A stretch of DNA of 63,825 nucleotides, filler included. It is 7 parts of 7 records of this genome, joined end to end, with 100 filler letters (N's around TTAATTAATTAA, not from the genome) between each part and the next. Parts side by side here need not be neighbours in the genome. Positions count along the whole stretch, not along the records: positions 42,281 to 50,634 come from SRR31156797_12631; positions 50,735 to 58,281 come from SRR31156797_12637; 5 more parts are not named here. One strand, written 5' to 3'. Each line of letters starts with the position of its first letter. Within the stretch, counting starts at the first letter, position 1. Made by a program: the position numbers and the translations under genes. The notes beneath the pieces are model-generated. The model ran no database searches. It was not told the origin of the DNA and was given only the letters and a program-made list of their open reading frames with translations. Below, one piece after another: positions 47,118-55,325 of this stretch.

Positions 47118-48748
47118 TGCATCACCAAAGTCTCAACATGTACCAGGGGATCTCCCAGGCTGTTTATCTTCATGTTCCAGATCTCCCTGTCCCGGGGATC
47201 TGTCGCTGTAAATATGCTGTCGGGTCCGGGCTTTCCGATGAGGACCACCACCAGGGGCATGGTCCGGCTCACACGCCTGATATGGGCAATGAAATCGAGG
47301 ATCTCCCGGATGGGTGGCATCCAGGCCTCCTGGAGCAGCAGGACCCCTGAAACAGGCGCTTCCTGTTCCGGGCCGGAAGGATCGAGAACAGCGCCCATGG
47401 CCTCGATCTCCTGGTTGAAATCAAGGCCGATCCGCATGATATCTCCAACATAACAGTTCATGGATTGCCGCACAATTGTTTTGAACCCGTCCCCATGGCA
47501 GGCCTCGTCATAGATGTCGTCGTGGACCAGGGCAAGGTAACGATCCTGGGGCGCCTCTGCCGGAGCCTCCCGGGATTCCGCAGGCTCCCGGGAGGCTCCG
47601 GGTTCCCTGGATTCCACGGGCTCCCTGGATTCAGCGGGCTCCCTGAATTCCGGAACCGCCGCCTGGGGGGTAAGGGGTTCCGTGGAGACGATGGGAGTCA
47701 CAAGCCGGTTCACAAGCTTTTTCAGCTCCCAACGGTCAAACCCAAGGCCCTTGAGTGCCCGGTCCTGGGCTAGGACTCCCGTAACAAGAAGGGCCAGCCG
47801 GGGCAAAAAACCGTAAAACACCACACTCAGGCAGAGGAACGGCCACCAGGAGACAAGATCCTGTGTGGCCAGGTTGTAGATCCCATCCTTGAGAATCAGG
47901 CGGGTCCCCTCAACCTGGGCAAGGGAGGGATACCCGATCCCCTCCGGGAACAGCCAGGACCAGGGAAGGGAAATGATGGAGACGGTCTTGAACACGATCC
48001 CATGGCCCAGGGCCAGGGTGGACTGCCACCCAAAGGCCGTGTCAAAAAACGCGACCCTGGCAAGGGTTGTTCCGATCACCCCGAGGTTAAACCCCACCCC
48101 AAAGAGCTGCATCAGGATAAACAGGGGCCAGAAGAAAACAAGACCGTAAATTTTCCGGGACCTGCGCACCACCCCCAGGGCGGAAGCCAAGGCCCCCTGT
48201 TTTTCCGGAGAGAGCCGATTCATGGCCCGTTGGTGAAGGCCCTTCATGGCCCGTTCCACCAGAAGGGATAGAAACGGATAGAACCCGAACCCCACCCTTT
48301 TGCCGGGCCGGGCCGCCAGGGCAACGAGATATCCCAGGGTGATGAGCAGCAACAGGGTCTGGGGCACCAGGCTAAGCCCGAAAAAATAGCTGATATTCAG
48401 GGGCAGCCGGCCGGTATAGGAGAAGAGGGACAGGCACAGCACCAGGCCCATGCCAACGCCCCCAAGGAAAAACGCCGTCCGAAGCAGCCGGAATCCTTCG
48501 TCACAAAGCTGCCCCGGAAAAATGCCGTTATGTTCGCGCATCACGGAAAGCCAGAGCCTTACAAGGGTGCCGTTGGATTCCCCGGCGGATGCTTCAGTAT
48601 CGATGGGAGCGGCCAGCCGGGGGGCCACGTGGTTCAGATAGAGATCCCTGTCCCGCTGTTGAAGGCGATCCTCCGCCTCGCTCCTTTTATCCTGCTCCAG
48701 GAGATACTCAAGATCGATGATATCCCCCAGGGTCCAGTTCTTGTTCAT
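47114..48748 (-). CDS. DUF2868 membrane protein
   Basis: Several TM, FGWQSTL, PWSW...PSLAQVEGTR, WWPFL...YGFLPRL, EAWMPP; ATGA overlap with the GTPase. Confidence 0.85.
   Translation of the reverse strand: MNKNWTLGDIIDLEYLLEQDKRSEAEDRLQQRDRDLYLNHVAPRLAAPIDTEASAGESNGTLVRLWLSVMREHNGIFPGQLCDEGFRLLRTAFFLGGVGMGLVLCLSLFSYTGRLPLNISYFFGLSLVPQTLLLLITLGYLVALAARPGKRVGFGFYPFLSLLVERAMKGLHQRAMNRLSPEKQGALASALGVVRRSRKIYGLVFFWPLFILMQLFGVGFNLGVIGTTLARVAFFDTAFGWQSTLALGHGIVFKTVSIISLPWSWLFPEGIGYPSLAQVEGTRLILKDGIYNLATQDLVSWWPFLCLSVVFYGFLPRLALLVTGVLAQDRALKGLGFDRWELKKLVNRLVTPIVSTEPLTPQAAVPEFREPAESREPVESREPGASREPAESREAPAEAPQDRYLALVHDDIYDEACHGDGFKTIVRQSMNCYVGDIMRIGLDFNQEIEAMGAVLDPSGPEQEAPVSGVLLLQEAWMPPIREILDFIAHIRRVSRTMPLVVVLIGKPGPDSIFTATDPRDREIWNMKINSLGDPLVHVETLVMQ
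47567..47644 (-). repeat. In-frame 18-bp tandem repeat, about 4.3 copies
   Basis: Encodes REPAES-REPVES-REPGAS-REPAES-RE inside DUF2868. Confidence 0.85.
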
Positions 48749-48977
48749 ATGATAATATCCATGTTCATGATCAATAAAACCTGTAACGAAAAAATGAGAT
48801 CAACTTACAGCGCAACCGCGGTTTCGTCAAGGCCCACGGCCCTCTTTGGCACCATGGCCGGGCACGGCCGAAAAAATTCTTGCAAAAAAATACTGACAAA
48901 CCATGAAAAATCTGAAATAAGATCTAACGTGACAACGCTTATTCATTCATAATCTTTAGGACATACAGGGTATCCCC

Positions 48978-50624
48978 ATGAACGACTATGTCAATATCTC
49001 ATCCTGGCTGAAACGGAGCGCCGAGATCTACCCTTTCAAAAGGGCCGTTGTCTATCCTGATTCAAGGGACAGCAAGGGCCGGGTTCTCTATAGCCAACTC
49101 AACTTTCGTCAACTGGAAAAAGAGAGCGACCGTCTCGCCTTTGGCCTTGAAAAGGCCGGAATCACCCGGGGCACCCGGACCATCCTCATGGTTCCCCCGG
49201 GCATGGACTTTTTCGTCCTTATCTTCGCCATGTTCAAGGTGGGCGCGGTGCCTGTGGTTGTCGATCCCGGCATGGGAATCGACCGCATGCTCTCCTGCTT
49301 TGAGCAGGGAAAGCCGGAGGCCTTTATCGGCATTGAAAAGGCCCACCTGTTAAGAAAACTCAAACCCGGCTTTTTCAAGACGGTCAACACCTGGGTCACC
49401 GTGGGAAAGCGGTGGTTCTGGGGCGGCTACACCATGGACCAGCTCATGGTCGAGACCGACGAGCCCTTTCCCGTCGCCCGCACCACCAGCGATGAGACCG
49501 CGGCCATCCTCTTTACGACGGGAAGCACCGGCCCTGCCAAGGGCGTGGTCTATACCCACGGCAACTTCAATGCCCAGCTCACCCAGATCCAGGAGCACTT
49601 CAGGATCGAACCCGACGAAATCGACCTTCCCACCTTTCCCTTGTTCGCCCTGTTTGACCCGGCCCTGGGCATGACCGCCGTCATCCCGGACATGGACCCG
49701 ACAAAGCCCGCCTATGTCAACCCGGAACGCATTATCGAGGCCATCGAGAACCACGGGGTGACCAACATGTTCGCCTCCCCTGCCCTGTTGAACCGGGTCG
49801 GGAAATACGGCAAGGAGAACAAGGTCAAGCTGCCCTCACTCCGAAGGGTGATCTCCGCCGGCGCCCCCGTGACCCCGGCCAACATCGAGCAGTTCTCCTC
49901 CATGCTCTCCGACACGGCCGAGATCCACACCCCCTACGGCGCCACCGAGTCCGTCCCCATTCTCTCCATCGCCAGCAACGAAATCCTGGAAGAGACACGG
50001 CCCCTTTCCGAGCAGGGATACGGCATGTGTATCGGCAGGCCCATCTGCGACACCCAGGTGGCCGTCATCCGGCTGAGCGACGACCCCATCAAGCGCTTTA
50101 CCCAGGGACTGGTGCTGGGGGATAACGAGGTGGGAGAAATCATTGCCAAGGCCCCCCTTGTGACACGGCACTACTATAACAATCCCGAAGAGGACATGCT
50201 GGCGAAGATCGAAGACAATGACGGGTTCTGGCACCGGATGGGAGACCTGGGCTGGCAGGATTCCAAAGGAAGAATCTGGTTTTGCGGCAGAAAGAGCCAC
50301 CGGGTGGTGACCGGCAGCAAAAACCTCTACACCATCCCCTGCGAGGCGATCTTCAACAACCACGAGTCCGTGTTTCGGAGCGCCCTGGTGGGAGTGGGCC
50401 CGAAGGATATGCAGACCCCGGTGATCTGCATCGAAACGGTTCCCAAGATGAACGACAAAAAAAAGCTGATCCGGGAGCTTAAGGAGCTTGCGGCGTCAAA
50501 CGAACTGACAAAGAGTATCGAGCACGTCCTGATCCACCCCTCTTTCCCCGTGGATATCCGGCACAACGCCAAGATCTTCAGGGAAAAACTCAGGGTGTGG
50601 GCCGCAAACAAACTCGGTTTCTAG
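48978..50624 (+). CDS. oleC: OleC-type AMP-dependent ligase (olefin beta-lactone synthetase family)
   Basis: VDPGMG, FTTGSTGPAKG, DLPTFPLFALF, TPYGATE, HRMGD, FCGRKSHRV, FPVDIRHNAKIFREKL. Confidence 0.85.
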   Translation: MNDYVNISSWLKRSAEIYPFKRAVVYPDSRDSKGRVLYSQLNFRQLEKESDRLAFGLEKAGITRGTRTILMVPPGMDFFVLIFAMFKVGAVPVVVDPGMGIDRMLSCFEQGKPEAFIGIEKAHLLRKLKPGFFKTVNTWVTVGKRWFWGGYTMDQLMVETDEPFPVARTTSDETAAILFTTGSTGPAKGVVYTHGNFNAQLTQIQEHFRIEPDEIDLPTFPLFALFDPALGMTAVIPDMDPTKPAYVNPERIIEAIENHGVTNMFASPALLNRVGKYGKENKVKLPSLRRVISAGAPVTPANIEQFSSMLSDTAEIHTPYGATESVPILSIASNEILEETRPLSEQGYGMCIGRPICDTQVAVIRLSDDPIKRFTQGLVLGDNEVGEIIAKAPLVTRHYYNNPEEDMLAKIEDNDGFWHRMGDLGWQDSKGRIWFCGRKSHRVVTGSKNLYTIPCEAIFNNHESVFRSALVGVGPKDMQTPVICIETVPKMNDKKKLIRELKELAASNELTKSIEHVLIHPSFPVDIRHNAKIFREKLRVWAANKLGF

Positions 50625-50634
50625 CCCCTTCCCC

Positions 50635-50734
50635 NNNNNNNNNNNNNNNNNNNNNNNNNNNNNNNNNNNNNNNNNNNNTTAATTAATTAANNNNNNNNNN
50701 NNNNNNNNNNNNNNNNNNNNNNNNNNNNNNNNNN
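50635..50734. other. Artificial contig spacer
   Basis: N-run/TTAATTAATTAA/N-run. Confidence 0.98.
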
Positions 50735-50938
50735 CCCTTGGCCTGGGCAGGGAAAGAGCCTGTTATTGAAAATGAAGATAGACGCGAGGGGTGGAACAAC
50801 CCCGCATTAAACAAATGGTCAAAGAATTTCACATAAAAGCTCCTGTGAATCTAAACAGCCGAGGCGGCTTATATTGAGTGAGGGCGCCGTATAAATGATC
50901 TAAAACATATTGTAGCTACACTATAGCTATTTTTTCTC

Positions 50939-50967
50939 TTGACATAAATCACTGTCCGACATACAAA
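50939..50967 (+). promoter_or_regulatory. Candidate sigma70 promoter with a TGTCNGACA dyad in the spacer
   Basis: TTGACA-17 nt-TACAAA; TGTCCGACA lies just before the weak -10. Confidence 0.5.
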
Positions 50968-51004
50968 TTTAGTGGATTCCCAGTAATAAAAGAAGGAGTT
51001 AACC

Positions 51005-52174
51005 ATGGAAAAGGTGGTCATTGTAAGTGCTGTTCGTACAGCTATCGGCCGTTTCGGCGGAGCGTTAAAGGATGTCAGCGATACCGACCTGGGAGCGTTG
51101 GTTATCAAGGAATCAGTGGAAAGAGCCGGCATTAGCCCGTCTGATGTGGATGAATCCATCATGGCCTATGGTTACCGGTCCGGAGAGCTTCCGATCAATG
51201 CCGCCAGGGTGTTGGCCGTAAAGGGCGGTTTACCGATCGAAAGCACCCAGTTTACTATTTCCAAGGCATGCGGCGGCAGCATCCGGTCGGTCACTCTTGG
51301 GGCCCAGATAATCAAGGCCGGCGATGCCGGAGTGGTTTGTGCGGGCGGAGTTGAAACCATGAGCCGGGCCGCCTTTCTGCTTCCCCAGGCCCGTTGGGGA
51401 TACCGGTTGGGGCACGGCCAATTGCAGGACCAGTTAGTCCTGTTTGATCCCCTGTCCGGGGACACCATGGGCGAAACAGCCGAAAACGTAGCGGAAAAAT
51501 ATAACATTTCACGAGAAGACCAGGATGCGTTCGGCTTCAGGAGCCAGGAGCTTGCCGCGGCGGCCATTGCCGAGGGTAAATTCAAGGAACAGATCATCCC
51601 TGTTGAAATACCTCAAAAAAGAGGAGACCCGATAATATTTGATACGGACGAACATCCGAGACAGACGACCATGGAAAAACTGGCCAAATTGCGGCCGGCC
51701 TTCCGACAGGGCGGCACGGTCACGGCCGGCAGCTCTTCCGGTATGAATGACGGCGCTTCCGCGCTGGTAGTCATGAGCGCGAGCAAGGCCCGTGAAAAAG
51801 GTCTTGAGCCCCTGGCCAGCATTGTCTCATATGCGTCCGCGGGCGTGGATCCTTCGGTTATGGGCATCGGCCCCATTCCGGCGACGCAGAAGGCATTGAA
51901 AAGCGCGGGCATGACCCTGGACCAGATAGACCTGGTCGAACTCAACGAGGCTTTTTCTTCTCAGGCCCTGGCCTGCATCCGGGAGTTGGGCATGGATATG
52001 GACAAGGTAAACGTCAACGGCGGCGCCATCGCCCTGGGTCACCCGGTATCGGCTTCCGGCGGAGTTATACTCACCAAGCTGCTTTATGAACTGAGGGCCA
52101 AAAACCTGACTTACGGCCTGGCCACCATGTGCATCGGCGGCGGGCAGGGCATCGCCATTATTGTGGAAAGATAA
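51005..52174 (+). CDS. Acetyl-CoA acyltransferase (thiolase)
   Basis: [21 protein letters not shown]. Confidence 0.95.
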   Translation: MEKVVIVSAVRTAIGRFGGALKDVSDTDLGALVIKESVERAGISPSDVDESIMAYGYRSGELPINAARVLAVKGGLPIESTQFTISKACGGSIRSVTLGAQIIKAGDAGVVCAGGVETMSRAAFLLPQARWGYRLGHGQLQDQLVLFDPLSGDTMGETAENVAEKYNISREDQDAFGFRSQELAAAAIAEGKFKEQIIPVEIPQKRGDPIIFDTDEHPRQTTMEKLAKLRPAFRQGGTVTAGSSSGMNDGASALVVMSASKAREKGLEPLASIVSYASAGVDPSVMGIGPIPATQKALKSAGMTLDQIDLVELNEAFSSQALACIRELGMDMDKVNVNGGAIALGHPVSASGGVILTKLLYELRAKNLTYGLATMCIGGGQGIAIIVER

Positions 52175-52283
52175 ATCGACGACCGTTTCGTCCCCGGGAC
52201 GGGACCTTTTTAATGAAATAAACAATTACCGGTTAAGGCGGATGAAAATTCCGCCTTAATATGAATGACGCCGGGAGGATTCC

Positions 52284-53447
52284 ATGAATTTTGAATTATC
52301 GGAAGACCTGCAAATGCTCCGGGACATGACCCGGGATTTCGCTGAAAAAGAAATAGCTCCCAATGCGGATAAATGGGATGAGGAACACTACTTCCCTTAT
52401 GAGGAAGTGCTTTTGAAAATGGGCGAACTGGGCATGTTCGGCACGGTTATTCCGGAGCAATACGGCGGCAACGAAATGGGCTGGCTGGCCGCCATGGTTA
52501 TAACCGAGGAAATAGCCCGGGCTTCCAGTTCCCTGCGCGTGCAGATAAACATGCAGGCCCTGGGCTGCGCCTTTACCATTTTCAGGTATGGCTCGGACGA
52601 ACTGAAAGAACAATACATTTCCAAGCTGGTTTCAGCCGAATACCTTGGGGGATTCGCCATTACGGAGCCCAATGCCGGATCGGACGTAATGGCCATGAAA
52701 TCCACGGCCGACGACAAGGGCGACCACTGGCTTTTAAACGGGTCAAAAACCTGGATATCCAATGCATCACTGGCCGACGTCCTCATCTGTTACGCTTACA
52801 CGGACAGGTCAAAGAAGGGCAAAGGGCTTTCCGCCTTTGTTATTGAGCCCCGCAATTTTGATGGCATAAGCGTAACCGACCTGGACAAGGTTGGATCGAG
52901 ATCTTCTCCCACCGGAGAACTGTATTTGGACAACGTTATGGTCCCCAAGGAAAATATTTTGGGAGAGCCCGGAGACGGGACTAAAATAGTGTTTGGTTCT
53001 CTTAACCAGACCAGGCTCAGCGCGGCGGCCGGCGGCGTGGGCGTGGCCCAGGCATGCCTTGAAGTTGTCACCAAATACTGCAATGAGAGAGAACAGTTCG
53101 GCCAACCCATCGGCATGTTCCAGATGAACCAGGATATGGTCGCTCAGATGTGCATTGAAATCGAAGCGGCCCGGCTTTTGGTGTACAAAGCTGCCTGGCA
53201 AAAGGACCAGGGGAATCTGGGCAATACGTTGGAAGTGGCCCATGCCAAGTACAAAGCCGGTGAAGTGGCCAGCATGTGCGCCAATTACGCCATGAGAATT
53301 CTCGGCGCGTATGGATATTCGACCGAATACCCGGTAGCCCGTTTTTACAGGGATGTGCCGACGTACTATATGGTTGAAGGTTCGGCCAATATCTGCAAGA
53401 TGATAACGGCCATGGACCAGCTTGGCTTCCGTAAGGCCAACAGGTAG
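52284..53447 (+). CDS. acd: Glutaryl-CoA dehydrogenase, non-decarboxylating type
   Basis: Closely resembles the Desulfococcus multivorans enzyme as I recall it: LRVQINM, SDVMAM, SLNQTRL, YYMVEGSANIC, RKANR; adjacent to gcdA. Confidence 0.88.
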   Translation: MNFELSEDLQMLRDMTRDFAEKEIAPNADKWDEEHYFPYEEVLLKMGELGMFGTVIPEQYGGNEMGWLAAMVITEEIARASSSLRVQINMQALGCAFTIFRYGSDELKEQYISKLVSAEYLGGFAITEPNAGSDVMAMKSTADDKGDHWLLNGSKTWISNASLADVLICYAYTDRSKKGKGLSAFVIEPRNFDGISVTDLDKVGSRSSPTGELYLDNVMVPKENILGEPGDGTKIVFGSLNQTRLSAAAGGVGVAQACLEVVTKYCNEREQFGQPIGMFQMNQDMVAQMCIEIEAARLLVYKAAWQKDQGNLGNTLEVAHAKYKAGEVASMCANYAMRILGAYGYSTEYPVARFYRDVPTYYMVEGSANICKMITAMDQLGFRKANR

Positions 53448-53503
53448 CATAGGGTTTTATCAGGTACTCTTTATTAAACGGATAAATCGAAGGGGATATT
53501 TTT

Positions 53504-55243
53504 ATGTTTCCGTACTGGAAGAATATGGATCCGCTGGGCAAGCCTCTTAAGGAGAACGCGCTCAAGAGGATGGAGGAAAACCGCAAGCAGATAGCCGAAG
53601 TTGAATCCCTGATGGAGGCTGAAGTCGAAAGGGTTAAAAATTCGGGATTGCCCGCGGAAGTAATTCATAAAAGAGGGCAGATGACAATCTGGGACAGGCT
53701 GGAATATTTGGTCGACCCCGGTACGTGGCAGCCCTTGCATACGATTTATAATCCCGGGGATAATGAAGAAGGAACCACGGGCGTTGTCGACGGCCTGGCC
53801 AGGATATCGGGCAAATGGGCCGTGGTAGTCGGTTTCGACAACAAGGTCATGGCCGGCGCCTGGATACCGGGGCAAGCGGAAAATATTCTGCGAGTGACCG
53901 ACATGGCCAAACGACTGCACGTGCCTCTGGTCTGGCTGGTTAACTGCTCGGGCGTAAAGCTGACCATGCAGGAAGAAGTTTACCCGGACCGGAGAGGCAA
54001 CGGCACGCCGTTCTATCGTCATGCCGAACTGGAAAAACTGGGCATTCCCGTTCTGGCCGGAATTTACGGGACAAACCCGGCCGGGGGCGGATACCAGGGC
54101 ATAAGCCCGACCTTGCTCCTGGCCCACAAGGACTGCAATATTGCCGTGGGCGGCGGCGGAATTGTAGGCGGTATGAGCCCCAAGGGTCATTTTGATTTGG
54201 ATGGCGCCGAACAACTTATTGAAGCCACCAGGCATTTCAAGCAGGTTCCGCCGGGCAGCGTGCCGATCCACCATGGCGAAACCGGTTTTTTCAGGGAAGT
54301 ATATGATGAAGAAACCGGCGTGTTGGACGCCCTGAAAAAATGGATGGCCGACATGCCCGCGTATAACCCGGATTTCTTCAGGGTTGACCAGCCCAAGGAA
54401 CCCAAGTATCCGGTTGAGGATATCAACTCCATAATCTCCTTTAATCAAAAAATGGTGTATGATTTTGACAACCTGCTGGCCAGGCTGGTGGACGGCAGCG
54501 AGCACCTGGAATTCAGGCCGGATTTCGGGCCGGAAGTGTACTGCGGACTGGCCAAGATAGACGGCCTGCCCGTGGGCGTTTTAGGCAACCGCCAAGGCCT
54601 GTTGCCCAAGGGATATCCCGGTTACGCCGAAGGCGCCTACCCCGGCATCGGCGGCAAACTTTACCGTGAGGGCTTGATCAAGCTCAACGAATTTGTGACC
54701 CAGTGCGGCCGGGACCGCTTGCCCATGATCTGGTTCCAGGACACGTCGGGCATAGACGTGGGCGACATTGCGGAAAAGGCGGAACTGTTGGGCCTGGGCC
54801 AATCCCTGATTTATTCCATTGAACAGACGGACTCGCCCCTGATGCTTGTCGTGCTGAGAAAAGGCACGGCCGCGGCCCACTATATCATGGGCGGCCCCAA
54901 TGCCAACAACCACAATGCCTTTACCCTGGGCACGCCCACAACGGAAATATACGTCATGCACGGGGAAACCGCGGCCGCGGCCACCTATTCCAGGAGGCTG
55001 GTCAAGGAAAAAGACGCCGGGCGTCCGCTTGAGCCTATAATAGACAAGATGAACGAACTGGCCCAACTGTATTATGAACGGTCCAGGCCGGTTTACGTCG
55101 CATTGCGAGGTTTTGTGGATGAAACCGTGCCTTTTACCGATCTAAGAAAATACATGCAGGCTTTTACCGGGGCGGCCTACCAGAATCCGAAATCCTTCTG
55201 CCCCCATCACCACCAGATACTGCCGCGACTCATCAGAAGCTGA
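53504..55243 (+). CDS. gcdA: Glutaconyl-CoA decarboxylase alpha (carboxyltransferase) subunit
   Basis: DNKVMAGAW.PGQ, NCSGVKL, GTNPAGGGY, GIGGKLY, GIDVGD.AEKAELLGLGQSLIYSI, KGTAAAHY. Confidence 0.9.
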   Translation: MFPYWKNMDPLGKPLKENALKRMEENRKQIAEVESLMEAEVERVKNSGLPAEVIHKRGQMTIWDRLEYLVDPGTWQPLHTIYNPGDNEEGTTGVVDGLARISGKWAVVVGFDNKVMAGAWIPGQAENILRVTDMAKRLHVPLVWLVNCSGVKLTMQEEVYPDRRGNGTPFYRHAELEKLGIPVLAGIYGTNPAGGGYQGISPTLLLAHKDCNIAVGGGGIVGGMSPKGHFDLDGAEQLIEATRHFKQVPPGSVPIHHGETGFFREVYDEETGVLDALKKWMADMPAYNPDFFRVDQPKEPKYPVEDINSIISFNQKMVYDFDNLLARLVDGSEHLEFRPDFGPEVYCGLAKIDGLPVGVLGNRQGLLPKGYPGYAEGAYPGIGGKLYREGLIKLNEFVTQCGRDRLPMIWFQDTSGIDVGDIAEKAELLGLGQSLIYSIEQTDSPLMLVVLRKGTAAAHYIMGGPNANNHNAFTLGTPTTEIYVMHGETAAAATYSRRLVKEKDAGRPLEPIIDKMNELAQLYYERSRPVYVALRGFVDETVPFTDLRKYMQAFTGAAYQNPKSFCPHHHQILPRLIRS

Positions 55244-55264
55244 TAAATTAACAAAACTATACCT

Positions 55265-55289
55265 CTGTCCAGCCCAACGGGCTGGACAG
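55265..55289 (+). terminator. Hairpin after gcdA
   Basis: CTGTCCAGCCC-aac-GGGCTGGACAG; weak U tract. Confidence 0.6.
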
Positions 55290-55325
55290 TTCTCACCAAA
55301 AAGCCCGCGCTTCTTTGGGAAAAAA

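Noticed and set aside
45711-47453. 580-aa plus-strand ORF
   Set aside because: Antisense shadow of the DUF3482 and DUF2868 genes in high-GC DNA.
53474-54505. 343-aa minus-strand ORF
   Set aside because: Antisense shadow of gcdA.
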